Shown piece after piece: positions 29,772-39,289 of a stretch of DNA of 64,000 nucleotides (the stretch's first letter is position 1; each line of letters opens with the position of its first letter). Origin of the DNA: an uncultured Collinsella sp. GTDB lineage: Bacteria; Actinomycetota; Coriobacteriia; Coriobacteriales; Coriobacteriaceae. The notes beneath the pieces are model-generated. The model made no database searches, was not told the DNA's origin, and worked only from the letters and a program-made list of their open reading frames with translations. Position numbers and translations under genes: made by a program. The DNA lies in assembly GCA_963559095.1 (NCBI GenBank), contig CAUWJG010000008.1:1342-65341 (forward strand), in the 5' to 3' direction.

Positions 29772-30977
29772 ATGCGTACGATCTATGAGTCCGACTCCAC
29801 CCCTAAGGCCGACGGCTTCTACATGCCTGCCGAGTTCGCTCCGCAGGACCGCGTGTGGATGGGTTGGCCGCACCGCACCGACACCTGGGCTCACGGCGCC
29901 AAGCCTGCCCAGAAGCAGTACGCCGCCATCGCCCGCGCCATCGCCGAGTTCACCCCGGTCTATATGTGCGCCAACCAGGCCGACTACGCCAACTGCAAGG
30001 CCGTCTTTGAAGAGGATGAAAACATCACCGTCATCGAGATGACCACCGACGACGCTTGGTTCCGCGACACGGCTGCCACCTACGTCATCAACGGCAAGGG
30101 CGAGAAGCGCGCCAACCACTGGCACTTCAACGCCTATGGCGGCCTCATCGATGGCCTCTACTTCCCCTGGGACAAGGACGAGCAGATCGCCCTCAAGATG
30201 GCCGAGCTCTCCGGCTGCCGCCGCTATCGTCCCGATGACATGATCCTCGAGGGCGGTTCCATCACCGTTGACGGCGAGGGCACCCTCGTCGTGACCGACC
30301 AGTGCCTGCTGTCCCCGGGTCGCACCTGCTCGGCGGTGCTCGAGGAGGAAGAGAACCCCGAGTCCATCTGGCCGAAGTTCAAGAAGAAGTTCGAGCCCTG
30401 GAGCGAGGAGCTTCGCGAGTACATGACCGAGCACCTCAAGGATTACCTGGGTGTCGAGAAGGTCATTTGGGTGAAGGAGGGCATCGACCCCGAGGAGACC
30501 AACGGTCACATCGACGACGTTGCCACCTTCATCGCTCCCGGCGTCATGGCTTGCATCTGGACTGATGACCCCGAGTACCCCTTCTACGACCAGTGCCACG
30601 CCGCCTACGAGACCCTTTCGAACGCGGTTGACGCCCGTGGCCGCAAGATGAAGGTCTATAAGCTCCCGATGCCGGTCAAGCCGCTGTACATGGACCAGGC
30701 TTCCTGCGACACCATCGACATCGACGAGAACGCCGAGCCGCGCGTCGCCGATGAGCCGTTGATCGCCTCCTACATGAACTACCTCGTAACCAACCACGGT
30801 GTCATCGTCCCGCAGTACGGCGATGAGAACGACCAGCTCGCGGTTGACACCCTGCAGAAGATTTACGACGAGGTCTGGGGCGAGGGCGTCTACAAGTGCG
30901 TCGGCGTCCAGTCCGAGCAGGTTGTCTACGGCGGTGGCAACATCCACTGCATCACCCAGCAGGAGCCGTCTGCGTAA
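29772..30977 (+). CDS. aguA: Agmatine deiminase
   Basis: MPAEF, DAWFRD, LEGGSI, TNGHIDD, SYMN, GGGNIHCITQQEP. Confidence 0.95.
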   Translation: MRTIYESDSTPKADGFYMPAEFAPQDRVWMGWPHRTDTWAHGAKPAQKQYAAIARAIAEFTPVYMCANQADYANCKAVFEEDENITVIEMTTDDAWFRDTAATYVINGKGEKRANHWHFNAYGGLIDGLYFPWDKDEQIALKMAELSGCRRYRPDDMILEGGSITVDGEGTLVVTDQCLLSPGRTCSAVLEEEENPESIWPKFKKKFEPWSEELREYMTEHLKDYLGVEKVIWVKEGIDPEETNGHIDDVATFIAPGVMACIWTDDPEYPFYDQCHAAYETLSNAVDARGRKMKVYKLPMPVKPLYMDQASCDTIDIDENAEPRVADEPLIASYMNYLVTNHGVIVPQYGDENDQLAVDTLQKIYDEVWGEGVYKCVGVQSEQVVYGGGNIHCITQQEPSA

Positions 30978-31232
30978 GTGCGCAGCACCTGTTTGGCTGT
31001 CCGAATTGAGACATTGATTCGTTGCCTGGGGCGGGCGCCGCGCGTATATGCGTGGCGCCCGCTTTGCGTGCGGCGGCCGCGGCGCTTGGCTGCGGCCCCG
31101 ACCGCGTCGACTGCGGTGGCTCGGTCAACGCGGCCGGGGTCAGTGCAGTTGGAGCGCCGCGCTTGGCCTGGCGTTTCGGCCGGCATGCAGCGTTGCCGCG
31201 CAAGGGGAGCGCGTGCGAGGAGGGATGCGAGT

Positions 31233-32225
31233 ATGGGAACGGCGTTTTTCCTGTATACCTGCGGACTTATGGGCGTCGCGGTGATGGCGTGCACCATTTC
31301 GGTGGCGGTGTGGCTGCTCACGCGGCGACGCGACTGCCTGTATGTCCTGGCGGGCTTTGCCGCCTATGCGCTCGAGCTCGCGCTCGTCTTTTTCGATGAA
31401 TACGCTCGATCGAAATTCGCCTTTCCCGAGCTGTTCGATGAGCCGCTCATGCATCCCGTGGAAAGTGCGGGGCTCGGCATCGTGGTGATGGGCTCGCTGT
31501 GGCTATGGATGTTGTGGCGCGTCCACGCCCCGCAGACACGCGGGTTGCGCATCGTTCCCATCGCGGTGTTTGCGCTTGGATCGGCGTTGTTGGTGCCTCG
31601 CGAAGGGGCCTCCTCAACCATCCAGCAATACACCTACTGGTTGTGGCGCGATCTGGCCGTTATGGGCGCCCTGGGGTTTGCGGCGTGGTGGTATCGGTTT
31701 CGCGCCGGCGAGCATGAGCGTCTCGATATGGCGCGGTCGCGTGCATTTTTCTTGGTGGCGCTTGCGTTGGCGGGGTGCGTCATCGCCGAGGACACCTACA
31801 TGATCCTCATCTACCGCCCGGCGTACGACACGTCGCTGCAGGCGACCTTCCTGTGGTATCTCTCCGGCCGCAACATCTCTGAAAACATCCTGATGATCGC
31901 CTGCGTGGTGCAGCTGATGCGCCGTAACGAGCGCGTCCTGCGCGTGTACGCGAGCCATCCGGCGGTCGTCGAATCCGCAGAGCCGCGCATGGAGCCGCCC
32001 GTACTTGAGTTGGAGCCGCGCTTGCTGCTTTATGCCGATTCCCATGCGCTGTCCGCCCGGGAGCGCGAGGTTTTGGGCTTGCTGCTGAAGGGGATGGACA
32101 CCAAGTGCATCGCCAGCGAGCTTGTGGTGTCCGTCGGTACCGTGAAGGCGCATTTGAGTCGCATGTACAAAAAGATCGGCGTGCACAACCGCGAGGACCT
32201 CATCCAAGATTTCTGGCGCAGCTAG
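31233..32225 (+). CDS. Second membrane-bound LuxR-family regulator (AguR paralog)
   Basis: Shares FFLYT, AEDT, YLS.RN..EN and terminal FW.S with the 25052-26017 protein; C-terminal LuxR HTH. Confidence 0.85.
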   Translation: MGTAFFLYTCGLMGVAVMACTISVAVWLLTRRRDCLYVLAGFAAYALELALVFFDEYARSKFAFPELFDEPLMHPVESAGLGIVVMGSLWLWMLWRVHAPQTRGLRIVPIAVFALGSALLVPREGASSTIQQYTYWLWRDLAVMGALGFAAWWYRFRAGEHERLDMARSRAFFLVALALAGCVIAEDTYMILIYRPAYDTSLQATFLWYLSGRNISENILMIACVVQLMRRNERVLRVYASHPAVVESAEPRMEPPVLELEPRLLLYADSHALSAREREVLGLLLKGMDTKCIASELVVSVGTVKAHLSRMYKKIGVHNREDLIQDFWRS

Positions 32226-32483
32226 CCATCGCGTGCCGTGCCGGCCCGCCTGCCCCGATGCTCCCACGGCTGGGGGCCACTGGGCGCGAAGGGTGGACCG
32301 CACCTTCCGGTAAACGGTTGCACGTGCCTATAATCCTCGCTGGTAAACCATGTAATCCCATTGCATCTACCGTTCACGGAAACCAAGCCTTCCCCTCGCG
32401 TTGCGCATGCGGGAGAACGATGGTAGCGAACGTGCGCACCGCACCGGCGGCGCGTTGAAACCATCGAGAGCGAGGAGGAAACG

Positions 32484-33866
32484 ATGGCGGAAGAAGTTGC
32501 AGCCACGGCGGGAGGCGAGGACCGCGAGCTGGGCACCCTGCCCATCCCCAAGCTGTTCGTGAAGTACAGCTCCATCGCCTTCATCGGCATGCTGGCCCAA
32601 ATCATCATGGTCATCATCGAGGGCATCATCATGGGGAACGGGCTGGGCTCACACGGCCTGGCATGCGTGTCCATCATCATGTCGATCGAGTTGTTGAACG
32701 TGGCACTTGGCAGCGCGTTGGCCGTGGGCGTGTCCACAGTGGCCGGCGCCCGTTTGGGCGCAGGCGACCGTGAGGGCGCGAGCCATGCCTTCTCGCAGGG
32801 CTTCTGGCTGACAACGGTGCTGATCGTTGTGCTCGTGGCGTTGGCTGAGCTGTTCACGCCGCAGCTCGTGGGCTTTTTGGGCGCCACGCCCGACATCTTC
32901 GACGATACGGTCGGTGCCATCCGCGTCTTTTTGCTCTGTCTGCCGTTTTGCGTGATCGGCCAGATGCTTTGCGGCATGCTGCGTATCGACGAGAAGCCGC
33001 ACGCAGCGGCGACCATCCAGACCGTCTCGGCCATCATTGCCATCGTGTGGCTCGCGGCCTCGACGTTCGTGTTCAAATTCGGCGTGGTGGGCGCAGGCAT
33101 CTACTACGGTCTGTCCATCGGCATCTGGTTCGTGGTCATCTATTACTTTGTCGGCGCCACGCGCTCGCTGTTCCAAATCAGCCTGTCCGACCTCAAGCTC
33201 GAGCCCAAGCTCTGCCTGCAGATCATCAAGATCGGTCTGCCGCTGTTCTTGCTCCAGGCCGCCAGCTCCGTGTATACGACCGTGGTGAACAACCAGCTCG
33301 GTGTGCTCGGCTCAAGCCTCGACATCGCGGCGTTTGCGGTCATCAACGGATACGTGGTCTACATCATCATGATGGTGGTTCAGGCCATCACCTACGGCGT
33401 GCAGCCCATCGCCGCCTATAACGCCGGTGCAAAGGCCTATGGGCGCCTGAAGCAGCTGGTCAAGACCTCGCTGGTGGCGCAGGTCGGCGTGATCGCCGCG
33501 CTCACGGTGGTCCTTTGGGTCGCGGCGTATCCGGTGTGCCTGCTGTTTGCCGGCGACCCCGCGCTCGCGGGCGTGGCTGCCGATGCCACGCGCACGGTGA
33601 TCCTGCTTGGCGCCCTCGGTTGGTCGAGCCAGGTCATCTCCAGCTACTTTGAGTGCGTGGAGAAGGTCGGCATCGCCACGGTGCTGGGACTGTCCCGCTA
33701 CATCTTCTTCACCATCCCGGCCGTCTTCATCCTGGGCAACATGATGGGCGTCGCGGGCGTGTGGTGGGCCCAGCCAGTGGCGGACGTGCTCACGTTCGTG
33801 TTGACGCTCGCTTGCGTGGCGTACGAGATGAAGCGCCTGTCCGCGCTTGAGGGCAACCCGGCATAA
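32484..33866 (+). CDS. MATE-family efflux transporter
   Basis: LGTLPIPKLF N-terminus, 12 TMs, QPIAAYNAGAK, GVAGVWWAQPVAD. Confidence 0.88.
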   Translation: MAEEVAATAGGEDRELGTLPIPKLFVKYSSIAFIGMLAQIIMVIIEGIIMGNGLGSHGLACVSIIMSIELLNVALGSALAVGVSTVAGARLGAGDREGASHAFSQGFWLTTVLIVVLVALAELFTPQLVGFLGATPDIFDDTVGAIRVFLLCLPFCVIGQMLCGMLRIDEKPHAAATIQTVSAIIAIVWLAASTFVFKFGVVGAGIYYGLSIGIWFVVIYYFVGATRSLFQISLSDLKLEPKLCLQIIKIGLPLFLLQAASSVYTTVVNNQLGVLGSSLDIAAFAVINGYVVYIIMMVVQAITYGVQPIAAYNAGAKAYGRLKQLVKTSLVAQVGVIAALTVVLWVAAYPVCLLFAGDPALAGVAADATRTVILLGALGWSSQVISSYFECVEKVGIATVLGLSRYIFFTIPAVFILGNMMGVAGVWWAQPVADVLTFVLTLACVAYEMKRLSALEGNPA

Positions 33867-33993
33867 GGGACGGCGCGTCGGTTGTTTTGCGGCGGCGCGG
33901 GCTGTGGTGCCAGCCCGGTCTCGCGGGCAAAAGCCCGAAAGGGAACGGCTTTGCAGGGCTTGCGTCGTCGCATGCATTGAAAGGAGTTACACG

Positions 33994-35643
33994 ATGTCTG
34001 AAACGATTGTGGCCGAACTGGTGCTCAAGAGCTCGGCGGTGTTCGACGGAACGGGCGCGCTGCCCTTTGCCGGCGGCGTGGCCATTGCGGACGGTAAGGT
34101 GCTGGCTTGCGGCGACGATGCGGCGCTGGCCCCGTTTGTGGGCGAGGGCACCGAGGTGCGCGATTTCGGTGACCGCCTCATCATGCCTGGCTTCAACGAT
34201 TCCCATACGCATTTCACCCAGGGTGCCCTGGTGGATGACCCCGATTTTTGCGTGCACATCGGCGGCACCGACACGCTTGAGGAAGCGCTCGCCAAGGTGA
34301 AGGCGTTTGCCGAGGCGCATCCCGACAACGAGTGGGTGTACGGCAACGAAGTCATTCAGTTCAACTGGGAAACGCCGCTCATGCTCACCGCCGCGCAAAT
34401 CGATGCGGTGATCGCCGATAGGCCCGTGGTGCTCGGCCAGGTCGACATGCACACCTTCTCGGCCAATACCCTGGCTATGCAGAAGGCCGGCGTCACGCGC
34501 GATACGCCCAATCCGTATGGCGGTGAGATCCTGCGCGATGAGAGCGGCGAGCCCACCGGTGTGTTCTCCAACACCGCGACCGACATCTTCACGGCGCTCA
34601 TCTTCAAGCCAAGCTGGGAGGAGCTCAAGGTCAGCTACCGCAAGGGTTTTGAGAAAGCCAAGCGCCTGGGCATCACCACCATGTGCGTGGTGTTTCCCGA
34701 GGGCGTGAGCTACGACGACCCGTTTGCGATTTTCCGCGAGTTTGAGCAGGACGGCGAGTTGCCTTTCCGCATGCCGTACTACACGCAGCTTGCCGATGGC
34801 GAGCATGAGGACATGATTGCCAAGATCGAGCGGATGCAGGCGACATACAACACGCCGGGATCGCTGATTACCTGCAATGGCTTCAAGTTGCTGATCGACG
34901 GCGTGTGTTCCGATCATTCGGCGTGGATGGCTTGGCCGTACGCGAACGACCCGACCACCAACGGCGTGCCCGCCATGGACCTTTCGCAGGTGCATCGCGA
35001 TATGATGCGGGCGTGTGAGGCGGGGTATCCGTGCCGCATCCACACGATCGGCGACCGCGCGGTCAACTGGGCGCTCAACACGTTCGAGGAAGCGCGCAAC
35101 CGTTTTGGCGACAAGGGGCTTCGCCATGTGCAGGAGCATGTCGAGACGATTCAGCCCGACGACCTGCCGCGCTTCAAGGAGCTCGGCATCGTGGCGTGCA
35201 TGCAGCCCATGCACATGGTGCTCGATCTGGAGTTTCGCTCTAAGGACGACGCGGTGGGGCCGGAGCGTTTGCCGTACTGCTGGCCCATGCGCTCGCTGCT
35301 CGACGATGGGGCGGCTGTTGCGCTTTCCACCGATTTTCCCGTGGTGGGGCTGGAGCCGATGCCAAGCATCTACGCTGCGGTGACGCGCCAGCTGTTTGAT
35401 GGCACGCCCGAGGAGGGCTGGGTGCCCGACCAGCGCATCGCGCTCGCCGAGGCGCTGGCCGCCTATACGAGCGGGTCGGCATATTGCGAGGGCATGGAGG
35501 ATACGGTCGGTACGCTTGAGGCGGGCAAGGCCGCCGATGTGGTGGTGCTGTCGAAGAACCTGTTCGATGTCGAGCCCGCCGAGATTCTCTCGACTGAGGT
35601 GGACGTGACCGTGTTCAACGGGAACGTGATTTACGAGCGGTAA
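33994..35643 (+). CDS. YtcJ-like amidohydrolase (Amidohydro_3)
   Basis: PGFNDSHTH, KLLIDG, HTIGDRA, EHVE, STDFP, GTLEAGKAADVVVL; AAAGGAG RBS. Confidence 0.88.
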   Translation: MSETIVAELVLKSSAVFDGTGALPFAGGVAIADGKVLACGDDAALAPFVGEGTEVRDFGDRLIMPGFNDSHTHFTQGALVDDPDFCVHIGGTDTLEEALAKVKAFAEAHPDNEWVYGNEVIQFNWETPLMLTAAQIDAVIADRPVVLGQVDMHTFSANTLAMQKAGVTRDTPNPYGGEILRDESGEPTGVFSNTATDIFTALIFKPSWEELKVSYRKGFEKAKRLGITTMCVVFPEGVSYDDPFAIFREFEQDGELPFRMPYYTQLADGEHEDMIAKIERMQATYNTPGSLITCNGFKLLIDGVCSDHSAWMAWPYANDPTTNGVPAMDLSQVHRDMMRACEAGYPCRIHTIGDRAVNWALNTFEEARNRFGDKGLRHVQEHVETIQPDDLPRFKELGIVACMQPMHMVLDLEFRSKDDAVGPERLPYCWPMRSLLDDGAAVALSTDFPVVGLEPMPSIYAAVTRQLFDGTPEEGWVPDQRIALAEALAAYTSGSAYCEGMEDTVGTLEAGKAADVVVLSKNLFDVEPAEILSTEVDVTVFNGNVIYER

Positions 35644-35767
35644 CCAGAGTTCAAGCGATAGTCAGGTGCGGGCGCTTGCGGCATGCGGGCGCCCGCACCT
35701 GGTTTGTATGGACGAGGGGGGGTGCGGTCGCAAAACCGCGCAGTGGCCACGCCGTTCTCATCGCAAT

Positions 35768-35869
35768 AATGTAAGGTTTGCTCGACATTTTTGCCTTAAA
35801 TTACGTGAATGTCAGGTCTACTCGATATTTATAACAAATAGGTTTAAAATATCGAGTATACCTGACATT
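35768..35869. promoter_or_regulatory. Three copies of a 23-bp motif (two direct, one inverted) upstream of the AAA ATPase
   Basis: AATGTCAGGTCTACTCGATATTT at 35808-35830; inverted copy at 35847-35869 (22/23); direct copy at 35768-35790 (19/23). Confidence 0.7.
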
Positions 35870-35879
35870 TGGAGGACAT

Positions 35880-37124
35880 ATGCGTATCCGTGAAGCGGTG
35901 CACCGCGCTCGTTACGAACGGGAACTCGCCAAGTATCGAGGAACTCAAGATATAAAAGTCATCACGGGGGTTCGCAGATGTGGCAAGTCGACACTACTAA
36001 AGTTGCTGGTTGATCAGATTGTCAGCGAGCTCGGCACTCCTGAAAACATCTTTTATCGCAGGATGGATGGATTCGGCGTACCTCTGAATCCCGATGCCGA
36101 GTGGCTTGAGAGTGAGTTGCTCGCCGCGCTCAATGCTGCCGATTCGAGCAAGCCGTTTTACGTATGCATCGACGAGGTTCAAGAAGTTCAAGGCTGGGAG
36201 CGGGCTGTGCGGCGCATGCATACCCATTCTCAGATCGATGCCTATATCACGGGCTCGAATGCCCATGTGTTGTCGTCAGACTTGGTGACGCTGCTGGGAG
36301 GGCGTTATATCGAGATCCCCGTGCAGCCCTTATCGTTTGCCGAGTACCTGGCGTTCGTTCGAGTGGCTGGCGCGCAGCATATCGACGCGCAGACTCTCTT
36401 TGCCGAATATCTCAAATATGGTGGCATGCCGGGACAGTTTGATATCGCGGATAGAACCGAAGAACACATGGCGCGCTTTTTGGAGACGATCCGCGACACC
36501 ATTATCTTGAACGATGTCGCGATGCGCGCTCAGGTGGGCGATATGGATTTACTCGCCAAGCTTGTGCGCTACGTTTTTTCAACGTCGGGAAGTCTGTTTT
36601 CGACGCGCAGCGTGGTGAACGCCCTGGTAAGTGCGGGGAGAAAGACCACGGCGGAGACGGTCGACAACTATCTCAAGGCGCTTGGCAGTGCCTATATTGT
36701 GTGCGAATGTGAGCAGATGGGTATTGCGGGCAAGCAGGTGCTGCGTCCGCAGCGCAAGTTCTATCCCGTCGATACGGGCTTGGGGAATCTCGCGAGCGGT
36801 TTTGCGCCAAAGGACTTTGGCGCTCAGATTGAGTGCGTCGTGTTCAACGAGCTTGTGCGCCGTGGCTTTCACGTATCGGTGGGAGCATTGCTTAAGGGTG
36901 AGATTGACTTTATTGCCGAAAAGCGGGGAGCGCGGCTCTATATCCAGGTGACCGAGACGCTTGTGAACCCCGAGACATACGAGCGGGAGCTCGCGCCGTT
37001 CAAGCTCGTGCGCGACTCGTTCCCCAAGATGGTGCTTACGATGGATCGCTTTAGGCTGGGAGTCACTGAGGACGGGGTGCAGATTGTGAATATTGTCGAC
37101 TGGCTGCTGGAGGAGTCTGCGTAG
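35880..37124 (+). CDS. AAA_14 ATPase with C-terminal DUF4143 domain
   Basis: GVRRCGKST, IDEVQ, ITGSNA, LGGRY, YGGMP, KFYPVDTG, GEIDFIA..YIQV. Confidence 0.88.
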   Translation: MRIREAVHRARYERELAKYRGTQDIKVITGVRRCGKSTLLKLLVDQIVSELGTPENIFYRRMDGFGVPLNPDAEWLESELLAALNAADSSKPFYVCIDEVQEVQGWERAVRRMHTHSQIDAYITGSNAHVLSSDLVTLLGGRYIEIPVQPLSFAEYLAFVRVAGAQHIDAQTLFAEYLKYGGMPGQFDIADRTEEHMARFLETIRDTIILNDVAMRAQVGDMDLLAKLVRYVFSTSGSLFSTRSVVNALVSAGRKTTAETVDNYLKALGSAYIVCECEQMGIAGKQVLRPQRKFYPVDTGLGNLASGFAPKDFGAQIECVVFNELVRRGFHVSVGALLKGEIDFIAEKRGARLYIQVTETLVNPETYERELAPFKLVRDSFPKMVLTMDRFRLGVTEDGVQIVNIVDWLLEESA

Positions 37125-37205
37125 GGGTCGCTGGGCGTTGCGTCCCTGCATGCCGGTCGGTCGTGCATGGTTGGTGCAGCGGCCGACCCTCCAGCCCTGC
37201 GCCCC

Positions 37206-39071
37206 CTACACGTCTGCGCTTTCCAGGGCAAAGCGATCGATGAGCGCCTGCGCGACGCCTTGTCGGGTCGTGCTGTACCCGGCGGCGTAGTTCGCCTTCG
37301 CAATGGCGGCCTCGATTGCGTCACCAAGCATCAGGCGCGATGCAAGCGCGCTGATGAACGCGTCGCTTGCGCCGGTGCTGTCAACGGCATTGAACGCTGC
37401 GGCGGGAAAATGCCGGCAAAGCTCGGGGCTATGCAGATAACAGCCATCCGCGCCGAGCGTGACGATGACCATGCCGGCGCCGCGCTGGGCGAGGTGCGCA
37501 GCCCGCTGCTCCATGGAGTCGAGGCCGGGCGCCAGCATGCTCAGCTCCGGCAGGTTCGGTATGAGGATGTCGACCTCTCGCAGGACATCGTCGGGGAGTT
37601 CGGCGCGGGCGGCGGGCTTGAGAATGGTGCGCGCACCGTGTCGATTCGCGGTGACAAGCGCCGCCTGCACGGCCTCAAGCGGAATCTCGGACTGAACCAG
37701 GCAATACTGGGCGCCTTCAAACAGATGGTCGCGCGCGGCGAGATCCTCGGCGCTGAGCAATGCGTTGGCGCCCGAGATGACCGTGATCGCCGAAGCGCCC
37801 GTAGGATCAACGAAAATATAGGCTTGACCGGTGGCAACATCGGCCTTGCGGTAGACCCCCGAGGTGTCCACGCCCCAATCTTCGAGCGCATGGTAGGCAA
37901 GGTCGGAGGAGGTGTCCGCGCCGACGTCTCCAATGAGCGTGACGCGATGCCCGAGCTTGGCGAGGCCGACGGCCTGGTTGGTGCCCTTGCCGCCGGGATA
38001 TACAAATGAGCGGCCCGTGGTGATGGTCATGCCTTCGCTGGGAAGCGTGGGAACGGACATGCGCGTGTCGATATTGATGCTTCCAACGACCACGACGCGC
38101 TTTGCATGGCTTGTCGGCGGCTCGCCCAGCGAGTTGGTGTTATTGAGATGCAGCGCGTCAAACTGCGCGGATTCAGTTGGCTTGCCCGTCATGGCGCCAA
38201 TGAGGCGTTCGCACACCAGACGGCCGAAGTCGGAATTGCGAATGGTGTAGCTCGATATCTTGCTGTCTTCATCCTCGGACCAGGAGGTGCCCGAGTCGTT
38301 GCGCAGCGAGACGATGGAAACGTCGTCGGGGGTGTGGTAGTGGAGCGTGGCGAGGTGCGTGTGGAGCTTTTGGGCCATTTGGTAGTGGGAGCACACGATG
38401 CCGGTGATCTCGCCTTCGCCTACCTTGTGCATGAGGTCGGCGCTGATCTCGGTATAGATGAGCGACTCGTGAAAGGCTCTGCCGTGTTCAAACAGGCAGC
38501 GCTTGAAGCCACGGATGCACTCGGAGGTCCGGCGCCCTTCGGTGACGAGGCAGGCGATGCGCTGATGCCCGCGGCTGATGAGCTCGTAGGTGATGCCGTG
38601 CATTGCGCGTTCGTAAGGAATGAGCAGCGAGAGATCACCGCCGTTGGCGCCAATGGTGATCAGCTCGGCGTCTGCATCTTCCAGCGAGGCGCGCAGTTTG
38701 AGGCTTTGCATGTCAACGGGTTCCCATATGATGCCCGTTGCCTTGGCGTTCTTGAGTGTCTCGAGATTTTTGCGCTCCTGCTCATGACTCAGGTTGCTGT
38801 TGAGCACAAGCGGCGCATAGCCGGCATCCTGCGCGACGGAGAGGATGCCGTCGAGTGTGGAGTCGAGTGAGATGGGGGAGCGGAACACGACGCCGATGAG
38901 CCAGTCGCGCTTGGCCCGTGAACGCGAGTACGGAACATAGTGGTATTCACGGACAACCTTGAGCACGCGCTCGCGCGTGGCGGCGCTGATGCTGCCGTCC
39001 TTGTGGTTGATGACCTTGGAGACGGTGGAGGGGGAGACTTCGGCGAGTCTGGCAACGTCGTTAATGTCCAT
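37206..39071 (-). CDS. LacI-family regulator fused to a C-terminal ribokinase (PfkB) domain
   Basis: INDVARLAEVSPSTVSKVIN HTH, sugar-binding domain, then VVVGSINID, PGGKGTNQAV, DSTGASDAF. Confidence 0.88.
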   Translation of the reverse strand: MDINDVARLAEVSPSTVSKVINHKDGSISAATRERVLKVVREYHYVPYSRSRAKRDWLIGVVFRSPISLDSTLDGILSVAQDAGYAPLVLNSNLSHEQERKNLETLKNAKATGIIWEPVDMQSLKLRASLEDADAELITIGANGGDLSLLIPYERAMHGITYELISRGHQRIACLVTEGRRTSECIRGFKRCLFEHGRAFHESLIYTEISADLMHKVGEGEITGIVCSHYQMAQKLHTHLATLHYHTPDDVSIVSLRNDSGTSWSEDEDSKISSYTIRNSDFGRLVCERLIGAMTGKPTESAQFDALHLNNTNSLGEPPTSHAKRVVVVGSINIDTRMSVPTLPSEGMTITTGRSFVYPGGKGTNQAVGLAKLGHRVTLIGDVGADTSSDLAYHALEDWGVDTSGVYRKADVATGQAYIFVDPTGASAITVISGANALLSAEDLAARDHLFEGAQYCLVQSEIPLEAVQAALVTANRHGARTILKPAARAELPDDVLREVDILIPNLPELSMLAPGLDSMEQRAAHLAQRGAGMVIVTLGADGCYLHSPELCRHFPAAAFNAVDSTGASDAFISALASRLMLGDAIEAAIAKANYAAGYSTTRQGVAQALIDRFALESADV

Positions 39072-39228
39072 GGTGCTCCTGCGTGGTTGTAGCGTTTGAT
39101 TTCGCTTGCTCTATCGTACCCAACCTGGCAGAAAAACCGTTGGCGGTCGATTTCATACCATTCGCCGAAATGAAATCACCCCCCCCCTCACTGATTTGAC
39201 TGTGGTAAGTTTCCTTAGGGAAAACAAA

Positions 39229-39248
39229 TTAGGAAAACATTTTCTTAA
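39229..39248. promoter_or_regulatory. LacI-type operator palindrome
   Basis: TTAGGAAAACATTTTCTTAA (16/20 self-complementary) in the divergent intergenic region; a half-site TTAGGGAAAAC lies just upstream. Confidence 0.6.
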
Positions 39249-39289
39249 TGAAACGCTGCGGAGAAGAACGGGCTTGCATTGAGGGGGAG

